From Octopus vulgaris (Eukaryota): a stretch of DNA of 64,000 nucleotides. Within the stretch, counting starts at the first letter, position 1, and each line of letters starts with the position of its first letter. Shown piece after piece: positions 12,309-26,925 of this stretch. Location of the stretch: assembly GCA_951406725.2 (NCBI GenBank), contig OX597819.1:124868001-124932000 (forward strand). Direction: 5' to 3'. The position numbers were made by a program, and so were the translations under genes. Under the pieces are notes generated by a model. It was not told where the DNA came from and did not search any database. It saw only the letters and a program-made list of their open reading frames with translations.

Positions 12309-13214
12309 GAGAGATAGACAGACGGACAGAGAGATATCCAAGGATCAATGTGTAGGAAGTTGATGATGAACTTTGTCAATACCACACTAACTGAATTCCG
12401 GAAGAATCAAGAATCATGCACTGATGGGCAGAGCAGACGTGTTTAGCCAAGGATGACTTAGGGTATTGTGTCGTTAAGAGAAAGGGTTCTTTGACCGAGT
12501 TGACTTCGAGATCACTAACGAGAGAGATGCTACAAAAGGTCACGTAATTGAGTCAGCGTAACTAGGTTAGGAAAAAATTCACTGAAGAGGAAACATGCAA
12601 TAAGGTCAATAACACAAAGAGAAATATGGATGATAGGTTTTATCCTTCATTAAATCTCATCGCAGGAAGATAAACAGATAAACTGCGTGCATTCTCAATG
12701 TAAATTTCCACCTCTTAATATAGGTCAGGAGATTCGGTGTTTTTGTTTCAGGGCTATGGTGACCTACTCACACCTAGTTCCGCTTGCCTGGCAGACGCTT
12801 GGATATAGCCTCCGTTGTTATGTCGACAAGTGTACTGCAGTGGTGGTGATAGGGTTTTTTTGCAACCCTTGTCTGAGCTTAACTCTTGGACCTTCAATTT
12901 GAAGCCTTCATTAAAGGTTGTTCTGTGACAACTTGGCTTAAGAATTCTCTCAGTTCGCTAAACACAATTTTGGTCGAATAATGGTTTATAAATGCACAAT
13001 AATCAGAGGTCGCTTCCCGGTCCCCCTAAAATCGCTTCGCGGTTCCCTAGGGGACCGGGGACCCCAGTTTGAGAACCTAAGGGTTAACAGGTTCGATTGA
13101 GAACAGATAACGATAGGGTTCTCTCGCAGATGCAATGAGATTACATTGATCCCAGTAATTATTTTATCGATATCGGAAGGATGTATGCAAAGATCGATCC
13201 AGGAGAGATTTTTC

Positions 13215-13650
13215 TTACCATTTATCAGTAACAATATCTAAGGCAGCAGCTTTAGCACGGGTTTTCATACGCTTAGCTTTTTCTCTGCTTGTTTCTAGTA
13301 CGTCTAATTCTGTAATTTGTTGTATTCGGAATTCACTTAGATATTCCTTTGCCTGTTTTATTATTGAGTATGATGCTTTCTTATTTTCATGATTTGAGAC
13401 AAATTTTAACATCCAGTCCTTAGAGTTTTTCAGGTAGGTGTCTAGGTCAGTTGTGGCAATCTTCCTTGTTAATGCCAGTTGTAAATGTCCACGGCCACCC
13501 TCTTTTCTTGGCAGGTAAAGTCTTTCTATATCTGCTTTGGGATGATGCATTCAATGCATTGTCAACAATTTTCGTATTTTTTTGTCAAGTTGACATATTT
13601 CAGTAACTGACCAGTTAATGATATTGAAACTGTAAGTCACGACTGTTATG
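13215..13650 (-). mobile_element. R4/Dong-like non-LTR retrotransposon RT C-terminal fragment
   Basis: HHPKADIERLYLPRKEGGRG motif, typical of R4/Dong RLE-type elements. Confidence 0.7.
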
Positions 13651-13679
13651 GCTAAACTATTGATCGCTTCGATCCTGTT

Positions 13680-13783
13680 TCTTCTTCTTCTTCTTCTTCT
13701 TCTTCTTCTTCTTCTTCTTCTTCTTCTTCTTCTTCTTCTCCTCCTCCTCCTCCTCCTCCTCCTCCTCCTCCTCCTCCTCCTCC
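13680..13783. repeat. (CTT)n(CTC)n microsatellite
   Basis: Seen directly; truncates the adjacent PLE. Confidence 0.95.
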
Positions 13784-14720
13784 CTTCAAGTCTTTTCCAA
13801 AATTGCAGCTGCTTGACACGAAATGTTCAGCAAGTTCTGTCGAACCACTGTTATTGCGCCTTACGTCAAATCTGTGCCCATTAAATCTTTTGCTTAATTG
13901 TTCTGTTGTGCAACCAACATAAATCAAGTTGTGTTTTGTGCATTCTGCCGCGTACACCAAATGGGAATCTTTACATGTTCCACCTTCTGTATAAATCATA
14001 GCATTTCTGTTATGATTGCTGATGGAATTCACTTGACTCATGTTGTTGCACAACGAACAGGGCTTACCTTCCTTGCGGCTGTTTTTCAAGGTACAGCGCG
14101 TGCAGATATTCCAATGCTTGTTTCCTTGGAGTCAGAAATAGAGGTCAATAGATCCCTTATATTTTTATTCCGTCTAAAGGCTACAATAGGCGACTGAGGA
14201 GATATCTGTTTGAAACGAGGATACATTCTCGCAACATGCTGGTAAATTTCATGAAATACTGGTGCCAGTTAATCACTAAAGGATTTCTGTCACATATTGC
14301 ATTATGTTTGCTAAAATTATGCGTGAAGGTTTGACTTACTTTGCTAATCTTAGCTATCTCATTTGCTATTTCCTTTAATCGTGATTCACTGTAACCGCGT
14401 TTGACACAATGGTGTACAAAAACATTTGCATGTTTCCAGTAATCCCCTTATGTAAGTACAAATCCGTTTTGTCCTCAAAAATTGGCATTTCGGATTTGAC
14501 TGAATTATATGATGTGGATGATCGGAGCAGCGGTGGAGGTAAATGTGAGATGGTGTGGGCTTGCAAAATAACTCTGTCACTATTCTGCCTCCAGAAAACT
14601 TAACTTTTGTGTCCAAAAATTCAACGCTAGTTTTTGAAAAACTAGAACGTAAATTTTATGTTGGACTTAAAGTCATAGTTTCTAGCATAACAGTCACAGA
14701 AATTGCATGAAGTCAATTAA
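13784..14720 (-). mobile_element. Penelope-like element remnant (RT thumb, Cys linker, GIY-YIG); Neptune/Naiad-like
   Basis: DTKVKFSGGRIVTELFCKPTPSHIYLHRCSDHPHH; CTRC..PCSLC; HLVYAAECTKHNLIYVGCTTEQLSKRFNGHR; frameshifted. Confidence 0.85.
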
Positions 14721-16964
14721 ACTGTCCTGTTTAATAATAATAATAATAATGTTGATTATATCAATTATAATATTATTTACGGATGTTTAGTCCTAGGTCT
14801 ATCCTTTTCAAGCAGACTCGATTACCAAAGGTTTTGTAACCGTAACATATCTATATAATGATGCATTATGTAATGGCACTGTTCTTCGGTTGGATTTTAT
14901 GTGGAGATAGTTCGGCTGCTATTTCTAATAGTGATGAGAGTTGGGGACAGACGATTATATTTTAGCAATTATGATTCTATCAATAAATTTGATGAAAAGG
15001 TATATTGAAATCATTCCTAAAAGTCGTCGTATCTACAGTTTACTTGTACTTGTGGCGACATTCACCCTGGGCGGGTTGAGTCGGCTTCTTCTACCACCCT
15101 CGAGGCATCTCGAACATTCGCCATTGAGAATTCATGGAAGAAGTTTCATGAGAATATGTGGATTTGACAAGCGGTCCCCAACAATCCCGCATGTAGAGAC
15201 ATCCTATTTGCCGCAGATTGTCCGCAGACGCAGAGACAGAACGACCGAGGAGACGTCGGTTGCCGAAACAGACACTCCGAGGTTGTGGCCCTAATACCAC
15301 TCGGTGTCAGACCAATCCACCTTGGGTGGCCCTACCAGGAACCGAAGCTCCCGACGGCATAGCTCTGGCACTACCCGTTGCCAGAGTCCCGACCACGGTG
15401 AGGAGGGAATGGATTCAAACTTCTTTTCCTTTCACGCTCACCAAATAGGATTCACTACCGATTGAATTTAAGTATGACATTGTTAAAACGCGTCGACTGT
15501 CAGTGTTATGAGCAATTATGATGTGACAATATCATGGATGGCCGCGTCAGAGCTGTTACACCTGTTTATGGCATGCGATAAAAACATAAAATATCGTCTC
15601 ATTGACACGAACGAATATTCATATTCCTCAACGATTTTATATCCATACTAATTCTTTTCTAGATATTTATGCTATGATCAAACTTCAGAAATAAAGTCAA
15701 TGGCGTCTGTTCTTTTGAAAATTATTCAACGATATGTTTTAACATTTATTAATTCTATTTCTCTTTATCGTATTTCAGTGTCGCGTCTAGTCTAGCGTTT
15801 TCAAAGGAAAATAGTGTACACGAAATAGAATATATCTTATAATTTTAATTTCAGAGTGATATAGACAATCAGAAGAGGTAGCAACTAGCAGAGCTTATAA
15901 GTTATCATATAACCAGCCGATGAGTTGGTGGTTTGTATTCTATTCTGATGCTACACTGTTTCCACTGCCAAGGCATTATTTGTCCCTTGACAACCCATTT
16001 CAGTTATCTGTAAATAGATATTATGTGTATGCAGAGCAATGAGTGTTTTGTTGTAGTAATCACACAAGCGCACTTTCTCGAAGATATATAATCAACAGAA
16101 TCTTCAGGAATTAAAATTTTCAAAACCCCATCAGTTGTATAAAATATTGGATCCTAAAAACTTCCTATTTCATATCTTTCGCTGCCAAATATTTCTTTGA
16201 TACGCTGCACAAGGAATCGCTGACAATGTACTAACTTTCAATGAATTGTAAAAATGTCTCAAATATAGATCGTATCTTCTCAGGTTGATTAATAACCATC
16301 ATATAAAAACATCCACAAAATTAACGTTAAGATTAAGTATCTGGAGAGGAGCCATGATAATTTCATGAATGGAATTTATGAGCTGATGGCATTCACGACC
16401 AAAATTATGTAATTTTTGAAATGTTTGTTTGAAATGTCCTCATATTTAGTAAAACTTTTCGTATTCCTTTTTGATGACGAATATTTTTGGCTCAAAGTTC
16501 AAACATCTGTTGAACGTTGGCCTTTTTAAGTGGCGTAAGTTCTCCAAGTAAAAATGCTGTTCATCGTATATTTAATTGTTCTATAAATAAAGAATTTCCC
16601 GGTTTATCCAGGAAACTTTCAGTCTTCTCCATTAACACTTCTTCATAGCAATGGTCAACATCATGCGGCAGTATTCCTACTAAATCGCGAGGGATGTGTT
16701 CATAAACTAAATATAATTGTATTCAGAAAATTAAATACATTCGCCTGAAACAAGGACTGCTAGCAATAAATGATCAGATTTAGAGCTACATTATTATCTC
16801 CATGATAATAATCAATATGAAAATTTATGACCCCAATATTTCCCAAAGCGAAAAAAGGCAAAGATGACATCGTCGTGACTAGAGCGCAGAGAGTCGGAAC
16901 AAATACCGAGATATATTCTGTTCAAGTCTAACAACTCTGCCAATTCACCACCAGAACGAACGCC

Positions 16965-17444
16965 GACAAACAAGGACAGACAAACGGATTAAGTCGATTA
17001 TATCGACCCCAGTGCGTAACTGGTACTTATTTAATCGAGTTTTTCGAAAGGATGTCATATGAAATTGTCACCCATAATTTTTACCCAAGTATCGATCTAT
17101 TGCATTTCAATCTGTTTTAGGGTTAGGGTTAGTTAGGGTTAGGGGTGGAGGAAGGGTATCTTTTTTTCTTCACAAATGTAAATAAACCCAATCTGTTTCT
17201 TAAACGAGGGACATATTCATACGGCACAGAATGTTTTCACCTCAATAGACGTCATTGATTGGTTGAAATTGCAGAAATTGAAGAAAAAAAAATCAACAAA
17301 TATCTTACAAACTATAGAATTTTCTCAATAAAGCCAAGAGAAAAAGATGTTTTATAAACACATTCTACCAGTATACGAAGTTTGAAAGTGTTTAGTTACG
17401 TGGAAATTATTTTTAAAAAACTGCCGTTCAAACCGAAAAGATCC
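16965..17444. mobile_element. Chimera of a SINE B fragment and a 5'-truncated MITE A
   Basis: SINE B body up to GAAAGGATG (~17054) switches into MITE A (TCATATGAAATTG...) and ends in the right TIR at 17444. Confidence 0.8.
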
Positions 17445-18646
17445 GAAGCTGCTGTCTGCCAGTAGATAGGGAAAGAGTAAGGAATGCACCGTGTTGACTA
17501 GAAAGGAAGAAAAGATAAAGGTGGCATCGTCTTGAGGTCGAAAGCTTCCCTTCGTATGTCTAGTGAAATACGAAGGGAAGTGTTGCTCCTTGGTCATAGC
17601 TGACACAAAAGAGGAAGAGATAGGAAATGCTCTCTCTGTTATATGGACTATGGTCAGAAATGTAGATCAAACCCTAAACAAAGGACTGACCTTTTCTTGA
17701 CCAGCACAGGTCCTTGGGGGTTAAGTGTTTCAACCATCAATTATCTGATGTGGAGATGCAAACAAAGGATTTCCCACTTGTTCTGACGAGTAACAAGCGG
17801 GTGGATCTGGTTTCAAATCTCAGGCAGGGCCAAAGCTAGGTCCCTACAAATATCTTAAGTAAAACAATGAAATTAAAGATATTAATTCACAAAAAACATC
17901 GCTAGTGACTTTTTTTGTGAATTCTCCCTAAACGTACATTCATTTTAGCAACCTAGGAAAGATGAGTGGCAAAGATGACCTTGAATGGATTGCAAATAAT
18001 TCTGCAATGAATTTTGTTTGATGTCCTGCCAGTTCTATCAAACCCACTGCTCTCTGTCAAATTATATCAAACTGATAACAACATTATAAATATATTATGC
18101 TTCTTCCCCATCAAACCTCATTGCTTTCCAACAAATAGAAATTTAGATAGGCATAGATACAAATGAACAGTTCTTTCATTCCGACACCCATTTGGGGTCA
18201 GTTCCATTTTTTTCTTTTGTTGCAGAGAATCGTTGATATAAATTATATAAACAGGGTGGGAAATTAATTCATTCTCTTCATGTATAAAACTCGAGTAAAT
18301 AGTTCAGTAATTCATCGTGTGTCACTTGATGGTATTGAGATCCATGCGAGTGGTTGGTCCTTTTATTTTTATTTTTTATCACACACATGCATATATACAA
18401 CACATTATATATATCTATATATGTATGTATTTGTACATATATACACACATATGTGTGTGTATATATGTGTGTGTGTGTGTGTGTGTGTATAAATATAAAC
18501 AAAACGGACATTTTCTTTTTCTTATAAGCGTCAAAATGTGTATTGTACGATGCAAATAAGATATTTTTTTGAACGCAGAATTGCCGTTAGAACAGCAGAA
18601 ATACGGGTTAAACTACCCTTACAAAGCGGAAAAATTTGTCAACAAA

Positions 18647-18718
18647 CAGCCATGGGAATCGAACCGACATTCCTTGAGACTCCGGCAGAGTACTGTACCA
18701 TTAAACTAAATTACCACC
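18647..18718 (-). pseudogene. tRNA-like remnant (tRNA pseudogene or SINE head)
   Basis: Minus strand has TAGTTTAATGGT (A-box-like) and GGTTCGATTCCC (B-box); poor cloverleaf. Confidence 0.4.
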
Positions 18719-18934
18719 GATAAATTTACATGCAAGTCGTTTCATTCGCAATTCCCCACTCAAAATTCATTGGCAGGAGTTCCAGGACATACCAGTTATA
18801 TCAACAGGTTCATCGATTGTTCGGCGAGGATCCTCCAAGATCAGTTCATGAATTTTTGTGATGTTTTCATTCGTTCGGAAGATCGACTTGCATGTATGTG
18901 TGTGTGTATGTGTGTATGTGTGTATGTATGTATG

Positions 18935-18968
<34 letters not shown>

Positions 18969-19635
18969 TGTATGTATGTATGTATGTATATATGTATGTA
19001 TGTATATACGTGCGTATGTATGCAAGCAAATGCTCACAAATACGAATGCAACTTGTTTTGATAACCGTATTTCCTCATTTCCTCCATATTCTGCTAAAAA
19101 CCAAGCTTCATTTTCCACTCTATCTCTCACCACTCATGATAACCGTAAAAATTTCAGCTTCCGACAAGCTGGGGGCATCCTTTTATGAAAAAATATTTCG
19201 CAAATTTTTACAATACTACTCACACTCCAATCGCAAACTCGAGACCGATTTAGGCATATTATTGTTTTGTTTTTGTTGTTTCTGGCCCTTCAAAACCATG
19301 GGAGAAGCCTTTTCGGTAAAAAAAATAAAGAAAATATTCAAAAAATATCGTTAATATTTTTATTGGGCGACTAAATTAATCGATTTAAGAGATATAGCTG
19401 TTATTTCTAGCACATGTAGAAGACAGAAGAAGAGGTAAATAATTTGAGCTCGAATGCTGCGATTTCATTGGTTAAAATTCTTAAAATTAAACTACGTTTA
19501 AGTTAAGAATAACAATTTTGTTTTCAATTTTGTTTACAATAATGTTTTCTTTTGACACATTCTACCAGTATACGAAGTTTCAAATTGTTTAGTTAACTAG
19601 GAAAATCTGGCCTTCAAAATGAAAAGATCCAAAAT

Positions 19636-19806
19636 TTCTTCTTCTTCTTCTTCTTCTTCTTCTTCTTCTTCTTCTTCTTCTTCTTCTTCTTCTTCTTCTT
19701 CTTCTTCTTCTTCTTCTTCTTCTTCTTCTTCTTCTTCTTCTTCTTCTTCTTCTTCTTCTTCTTCTTCTTCTTCTTCTTCTCCTTCTTCTTCTTCTTCTTC
19801 TTCTTC
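19636..19806. repeat. (TTC)n microsatellite
   Basis: Near-pure trinucleotide run, next to a degenerate MITE A end at ~19440-19630. Confidence 0.97.
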
Positions 19807-20185
19807 TCTCCCTCCATCCCACTCTCTCTCTCTCTCTTACAATATCTGTCACTCACTTTGCTCGTTTTTTTTCTCTTTTTTTTCTTAACTCTTCTTATTT
19901 AATTTACAGTGGAAGCCGTTTTTGAACGTAAATGCCATGCTTACAGTCTACCCACACCTATCTTATCCACACCCGCACACAACACTCATACATAGACACA
20001 ACCTGTCTCTTCCTCCTTCCTTCTGACGCAATGAAACCTTTCTCTTTCTTCAGTTGTGATTCCTCAACTGATAAGCACACAAAATATAGCAAACATATTG
20101 AGGAAATAAAACTTAAGACAGTCGTAACTTATGTCATAAAACAATGATGATCATAAAGTTGACGGCGACCGATGATGAGTATGAT

Positions 20186-20402
20186 ACTCTTTACTCTTCA
20201 CTCTTTTACTTGTTTCAGTCATCTGATTGCGGCCATGCTGGAGCACCGCCTTTAGGCGAGCAAATCGACCCCAGGACTTATTCTTTGGAAGCCTAGTGCT
20301 TATTTTATCGGTCTCTTTTGCCGAGCCGCTAAGTTACGGGGACGTAAACACACCAGCATCGGTTGTCAAGTGATGTTGGGGGGGACAAACACAGACACAC
20401 AA

Positions 20403-20439
<37 letters not shown>

Positions 20440-20622
20440 TACACACACATATATATACATATATACGACGGGCTTCTTTCAGTTTCCATCTACCAAATCC
20501 ACTCACAAGGCTTTGGTCGGCCCGAGGCTATAGTAGAAGACACTTACCCAAGGTGCCACGCAGTGGGACTGAACCCGGAACCATGTGGTTGGTAAGCAAG
20601 CTACTTACCACGCAGCCACTCC
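20186..20622 (-). mobile_element. SINE family A
   Basis: Near full-length reverse-complement copy. Confidence 0.9.
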
Positions 20623-21441
20623 TGATAATGACGATTTAGTTGTTTTTACGAGCCAAAATAACTCTGACATTTAAGAAAAAGAAAACTGAGAAGTTGTGAA
20701 GTTCATACATTTCCCAAGGGCGATATTGCCATGGCCCAACTAAAAATGATTCAACCGAGAATCGAAACATATTTTTCAAAAGTTTACTTGTGCTTTACCA
20801 GCAATTATAGAGACCGTTACAATATATAACATTCATAATCCATCGACTCTCGAACTATATTGCCGTTGCAGCATTTCGAAACAACCCTATATTCACACAT
20901 GCATTCTTTCACCATATATGTGTGTGTGTATGTGTGCGCGCGTGTGTCTTTTCGTATATATCTTTGGTGGTGGAATTCGTCTAATATCACTGAATAATTG
21001 GAAATACCCCGGAGAAAAGATACACGCAACACATGACTTAGTTTAGAGATAAGAATGATAGATATGTAACATCTTTATCCACTATGGTATGGAAACTTAA
21101 AGAGAGGCACATGGACAAATCCCAAATAAACCGGAGCACCATTGCTAAGTCCAGCAAATATAAGGGATGATGCAGCGGACGCAACCTCTATTTTGCAGAG
21201 AATTTCAAGATCATAACTTCAACATCAAAAATTTTGAACATCAGGGAAGAATCCTTCTACTGTTTTATGCGCAAAAAAAAAAAAGTTTAAATGAGAAATT
21301 TCAAGCATGACCTCTCGTTCGCATTATCACCAATCCAGCCAGAGTAAATTTAAGATTTAATGCTAATATTGATTATATACACATTATGCATAATATATAC
21401 TCCAGGGAACTCATACAGGAATTCTAAGCTGCACAGATACG

Positions 21442-21851
21442 GGATCTTTTCGGTTTGAACGGCAGTTTTTTCTAGCGGTGTCATATGAAATTGTCACCCA
21501 TAATTATGACCCAAGTATCGATCTATTGCATTTCAATCTGTTTTAGGGTTAGGGGTGCCGAGAAGGGTATCTTTTTTTTCTTCACAAATGTAAATAAACC
21601 CAATCTGTTTCTTAAACGAGGGACATATTCATACGACACAGAATGTATTTTACCTCAATGGACGTCAGTGATTGGTTGAAATTGCAGAAATTGAAGAAAA
21701 AACAACAACAGATATCTTACAAACTATAGAATTTTCTCAATAAAGCCAAGAGTAAAAGATGTTTTATAAACACATTCTACCAGTATACGAAGTTTAAAAG
21801 TGTTTAGTTACGTGGAAATTATTTTTAAAAACTGTCGGTCAAACCGAAAAG
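21442..21851. mobile_element. MITE family A, right TIR clipped
   Basis: Family identity; the last four bases are replaced by Helitron sequence. Confidence 0.85.
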
Positions 21852-21967
21852 TAACCCCCCCCCTTGTGGTTAGCCATATTGAGATGGCTATTATACTTTA
21901 CATCTCTAAAAATGCTTATATAGTTATTTCCCTTACAAACCCGAGCAACGCCGGGCGATACTGCTAG
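21852..21967 (+). mobile_element. Helitron H1 3' fragment
   Basis: Matches 22975-23091; ends with hairpin plus CTAG. Confidence 0.8.
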
Positions 21968-22695
21968 TTAAGTATATGCAGAGAAGAAGAAAAATTACTA
22001 AGAGAACTGAAGAGAACTTATCAAAGAAGCGTTGAAATACGCTAAACTGTAGAATGCAAAAATCTGAGCTGAGGAGTTAACAAGACGACTCTCTGCTCTA
22101 ACGACACTAAGCAAATGAAGATTTATTCCTCTGTGGCAAGCCTACACTCTCTACTCGGCAATAGAACGTCTAAACAGAATAAATAAATAAAAACAGTTCC
22201 GCTGACATCTATTAGAAAAGCGATCTCACAAATTATCCTCCACCGTGAATAATAATACAGTGTAATGACTTATAAGGCAATCGAAATGTCAGTGCTTTGA
22301 ACTAAAAGTACTGAATAAAGTTAAGGAAAATGAACAGTAGAAGCAAAAAAAAATTTAGAAATAAAAAAAACATTGATAAAACGTCTCTCCGTTAGCCTCA
22401 AATTAATGTGAATTTTGTTTTAGTGTGTGTCAGGAGGATATAAACAAGAAAAAAATGCCAGCTAGGGTCGAGGATGGAGATTGTTTATTTTGTCATCAAC
22501 TTATGGTTGTTTTGTTTGATTTGACACTCGCGACAAGTGCATGATGTATACAACCCAAATTTACACAGACACAAGAGGAACTTGGCTGGCAAAGCAAGTA
22601 GATGCGTGGCCGGCGGCAGAATCACAGACAAATTCCTTATGAGAGGAACAAAAGACATTCTCCAAATACTTACAACGGAACAAACACTGCTATAA

Positions 22696-23091
22696 TCTTT
22701 ATATATAAAAGTGAGGTTGTGTGCTGTCTGTCTCCTACGATTTAGATTCCTAACTACTCCCACATTTTGCGGTGCAGTTTAACCAAAACCGGGTATCTTA
22801 TAGTCGTGATTCATATCGAGCCCTTCTGGGTATTAGCGCGCGTCTACGATGAGTCTACGATTTTAAAAACAATTTACCATCAATTTTTCCCATTTTTAAT
22901 GCATTTTGGCATATATAAGGGAAGTAACTCTCTAAAAATTTATTATTAAATCTCAGAACGTAAAAAGCTACAGTATCACCCCCCCCTTTGTGGTTAGCCA
23001 TATTGAGATGGCTATTATACTTTACATCTCTAAAAATGCTTATATAGTTATTTCCCTTACAAACCCGAGCAACGCCGGGCGATACTGCTAG
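22696..23091 (+). mobile_element. Non-autonomous Helitron H1
   Basis: A|TC start, 3' hairpin, CTAG|T end. Confidence 0.88.
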
Positions 23092-23786
23092 TATCTTATA
23101 TTTGAGAGAGAATTGATGTTTTGAAGTTGGCCTATTCTACAATTCTACAGATAGTAAATGCACGTGCGCGCACGCACACATACACACACAGAATACATAT
23201 ACATGGTGGTTGGAAGTCTTGAAACACGATGAATCGTTCTGAGGATTAGTCTGTAGGCTGCAATATCAGTACACTTCTATATGTGTATACACATGCATAT
23301 GTATGTACGTGTGTGTGTTTGTGTGTGTGTGTGTGTTTCTATACGTATATTCCATATGTGTATTAATCTTCGTGTAACATCTATTAGGTAACTAACAAGA
23401 TTATGAAACAGCCGTATTCTAATTAAATAAACATCTACTCGCACACCTCACCTTTATCTGATCAATTTATATACACTCTCATGTATTATTATTGTATTTA
23501 TATTTGTGTAACATTGTCTGTTTTTCCGTCCTTGTTTTTGTATACATTCGATAGTTTCTTCCAAGGAATCTACTGCTCTTAGCTTCGTTTTTCCTTGGGG
23601 CTGGCCAGATTGGAGCAATCTCAAGATTAATCAGCCGAAATTACAAGGATGATCTGGTTCTTGACTGAGGATAGAGAGCTTCGAATGACCCGTCCTTGTT
23701 TTTTTCGTATCGTCTATCTGGATGTTTTGTTGTCCCTTTTTGTATCACCTAGTTGTCGGATGCTTTGTGTTCTTGTCCCATTTTGC

Positions 23787-24070
<284 letters not shown>

Positions 24071-26394
24071 TGATGATTATAAAAACCAAGGGAGAAGATG
24101 GAGATAAGATTAATGAAAGTTTATTAATACATTGAAAAGACCTACAGTTGTTTCAATTCATCGCTTATAGTATAAAATCAATCAAATTTAATTTGATTTA
24201 TTCAATTTGGTTAATAATCATAAGACAGAACAACATCGGGGAGGAACCTACAAAGGAAATTATTTATATCATACTGAAAGCATTAAATAATCAAACAGAA
24301 AAAATACAGTGTACCATTAAAATTTATACATAATATAAAAATATATACATTATAAAAATAATTATTGTCATAAATTAATATAAATAACAATAATGTTGAA
24401 GGGTTGTTTTTTTTATGTTGCTTTAGGCCTCTTCATCAGAATAGATTTGTGCAATTTTTAGCAAAAAAACTTCGTTGACATATTTTTCCCTTTTTGAATT
24501 ACTTACATTTTTTTTTTACCGTTTCACGTGATTTTATTTATTAAAACTTCTCAAAACCTCAGAAGTTCTTACAACTTTGGTTGTGGTAATGCTTTGCTTT
24601 CGTTTGTTTCATAAAAATTCCTCCTCCTGATGATGATTATGCTTTCATTTTGTGATAGACAACTATCTTGCAGAAAACGCCAGCTTCCAAATCCTGTCTT
24701 CTGATTAGGGAAAATTGATCAAACTTTAAACCTCAGTAACATTTTTCTGCAATTTTTCTGGAACAAATAAATAACAAAATCGGATTTAACGGGGAAAATG
24801 ATTTCAGTATACGAAAGTTGAAAATTTTGACATAATTTTAAAATCTCACAATATATGACAGAAACTGGGAAAACCCTACAAAAGTAGGGAGACAGACAGT
24901 TATAGGACGCCACAAATACACACACGTACGTACGCACATTTCCAAGCGTACACACAGGTGATCACAATTTAAAATGGAGTACAGTAGACATGTGTATGTA
25001 TGTATGTATGTATGTATGTATGTATGTATGTATGTACGTACGTTTATATATGTATGTATGTGTGTGTGTCCGTGTGTGAGTGTTTCTTTGTGATGGATAG
25101 CAGAAAAGCCACCTACTCCCTCTCTCCTTAAAGCTACGTATTCCTCACACCCACCTTTCTCTCCCTTTCTCATCGTTTTAAAAGTTACTTGTGTGTATGT
25201 GCATGTATCTATGTGTTTACGAGAGTATGTATGTAGCGTCGCGTGTATATGACAGCTGTATTAACATTATCGTCCCATTGCCACTCTATATTTGTCGCTT
25301 ACATATCGCTGTTCTCCCCTTCCCTGATATTAACCACACTCTGCGACTACGTTTCCCTCAGACTAATTCTTTTTACACCCTTCTCTCATTTTATCATATA
25401 ATTCGCCCAATCGGGGGGGGGGGGGCACATCATAGATTTATTGAAATCCAATTAGTCTATTATTGAACTGGATGTTAGTGTAGCATGTATGCAAAGTTTC
25501 GTGAATATTGGTTCGCAGTAAGATGGTAACAGACAGATAGAAATTACCATTTATATATAAGATATACATGTGTGCACGAATATTTTAGTATATCTATATT
25601 TATATGTATATATGCATGCGTATGTGGGCGTGTGTATGAGTATAGCTGTATTTATATATGTTAATTTATATTCGTGTGTGTATGTGCATATGTATATACA
25701 TGTTTGTGTCTGTGTATGTATGTTTGTGCGTAGGTGTGTTTATGCGTATGGTTGTGTATGCGCATGCATTTATGTGCAAGTATATGTATGCATGTATGTA
25801 AGCGGTATGTATATAGTGTGTGTGTCTATATATGCGTATGCCTATGTTCCTATGTGATTATGAACATAGAACGTTCATTCATTCCTAAGAATTTTTATGT
25901 TACGTATGTGTGCAAGTATTTGTGTAGGTGTGTGGGTGTGCGTATGTATTGTGATGTAGATGGGCATGCCGATGTCCTGTCATCCAGTATTCTGCCCAGC
26001 GATCGCTACCCCTTTACCCTTATTAACTTGGACGACAGCATTCTTGTTGTTGGTAAAATCTATCGTCACATCTTTGGAATGGAAGTTTATGACCGCAATA
26101 TTTTCCCCTTAACGATAGCAATCCTTTTCTTCTTTGACCCCTTCCTTCCTTCTCTTTCCCATTTTCTTCCTACCCCTCAACTCTAAACCACACCCACTCT
26201 TGCATATTTTGGGTCTCACCCTTTGTTGCTCATTGGTTCTCTTAACCTATTTCTTGATTCTTTTATTTTTCAATTTTTGTTTATTTTGATTTTTCTTACT
26301 ACTGGCTTCCCTATTTAGTTGAACACACCACTGTGGTGTAGTTGACTTACAAATTCCGAGTGATAATGTAACCTTCATTTCATTAAGATAATCT

Positions 26395-26460
26395 CAATCT
26401 GATGATTAGCTACATTGCACAATAATTGTATCACGAAACATTAGAAACATATGTAGTATG
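26395..26460 (+). ncRNA. Degenerate hammerhead-like motif
   Basis: CTGATGA at 26399 followed by GAAA-CATATG-TA at 26444-26455; stems I and II are eroded. Confidence 0.35.
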
Positions 26461-26723
26461 CATTTTACCTGTTTCACTCCCTCAATTTGGATTTTTATTC
26501 GCATTTGTCCCAGCTCTAGTTACTAACTGTGAGCTACATAGAAACTATCAGCTTATCGTATTTCCTCACAACTTTGACGCGGGAAAAATCTGTAATTCTC
26601 GATGCTAATAAATTGTTATAGTCTTTTATCCTATACTGTTCACTTTTTGTTCTCTATATCTGCCACTTACTGCTTGAAGCTTACCAACTTCTTGTACTCA
26701 GACTCGGATCTCTGGATCGTTTA

Positions 26724-26755
<32 letters not shown>

Positions 26756-26764
26756 AACATATAC

Positions 26765-26925
26765 GGAGAGTTTAAGAAAAAAAAAAAACAAAGGAAGAAG
26801 ACAGGTGGTGTACAAAACAAATAGATGTATTAGTATAATGCTCAGGAATAGAAAAAGTCTTTTACTTTTCGAGCCTACGCTCTTCTACAGAAAGGGACAC
26901 AGAAAAAAACAAGGAGAGAAAAATA
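26765..26925 (-). mobile_element. Short HHR-bearing repeat family C (solo pLTR-like)
   Basis: Homologous to 42488-42688 and 48003-48222; contains CTTT-CTGTAGA-A-GAGCGTAGGCTC-GAAA-AG-TA-AAAG. Confidence 0.7.

Noticed and set aside
15051-15560. GC-rich segment with TGT..ACA ends, possible LTR
   Set aside because: No TSD, second copy or recognisable retroelement protein
24135-24445. CTGATGA and GAAACAACTGTA on the minus strand
   Set aside because: The two motifs are ~280 nt apart and their stem I strands are not complementary
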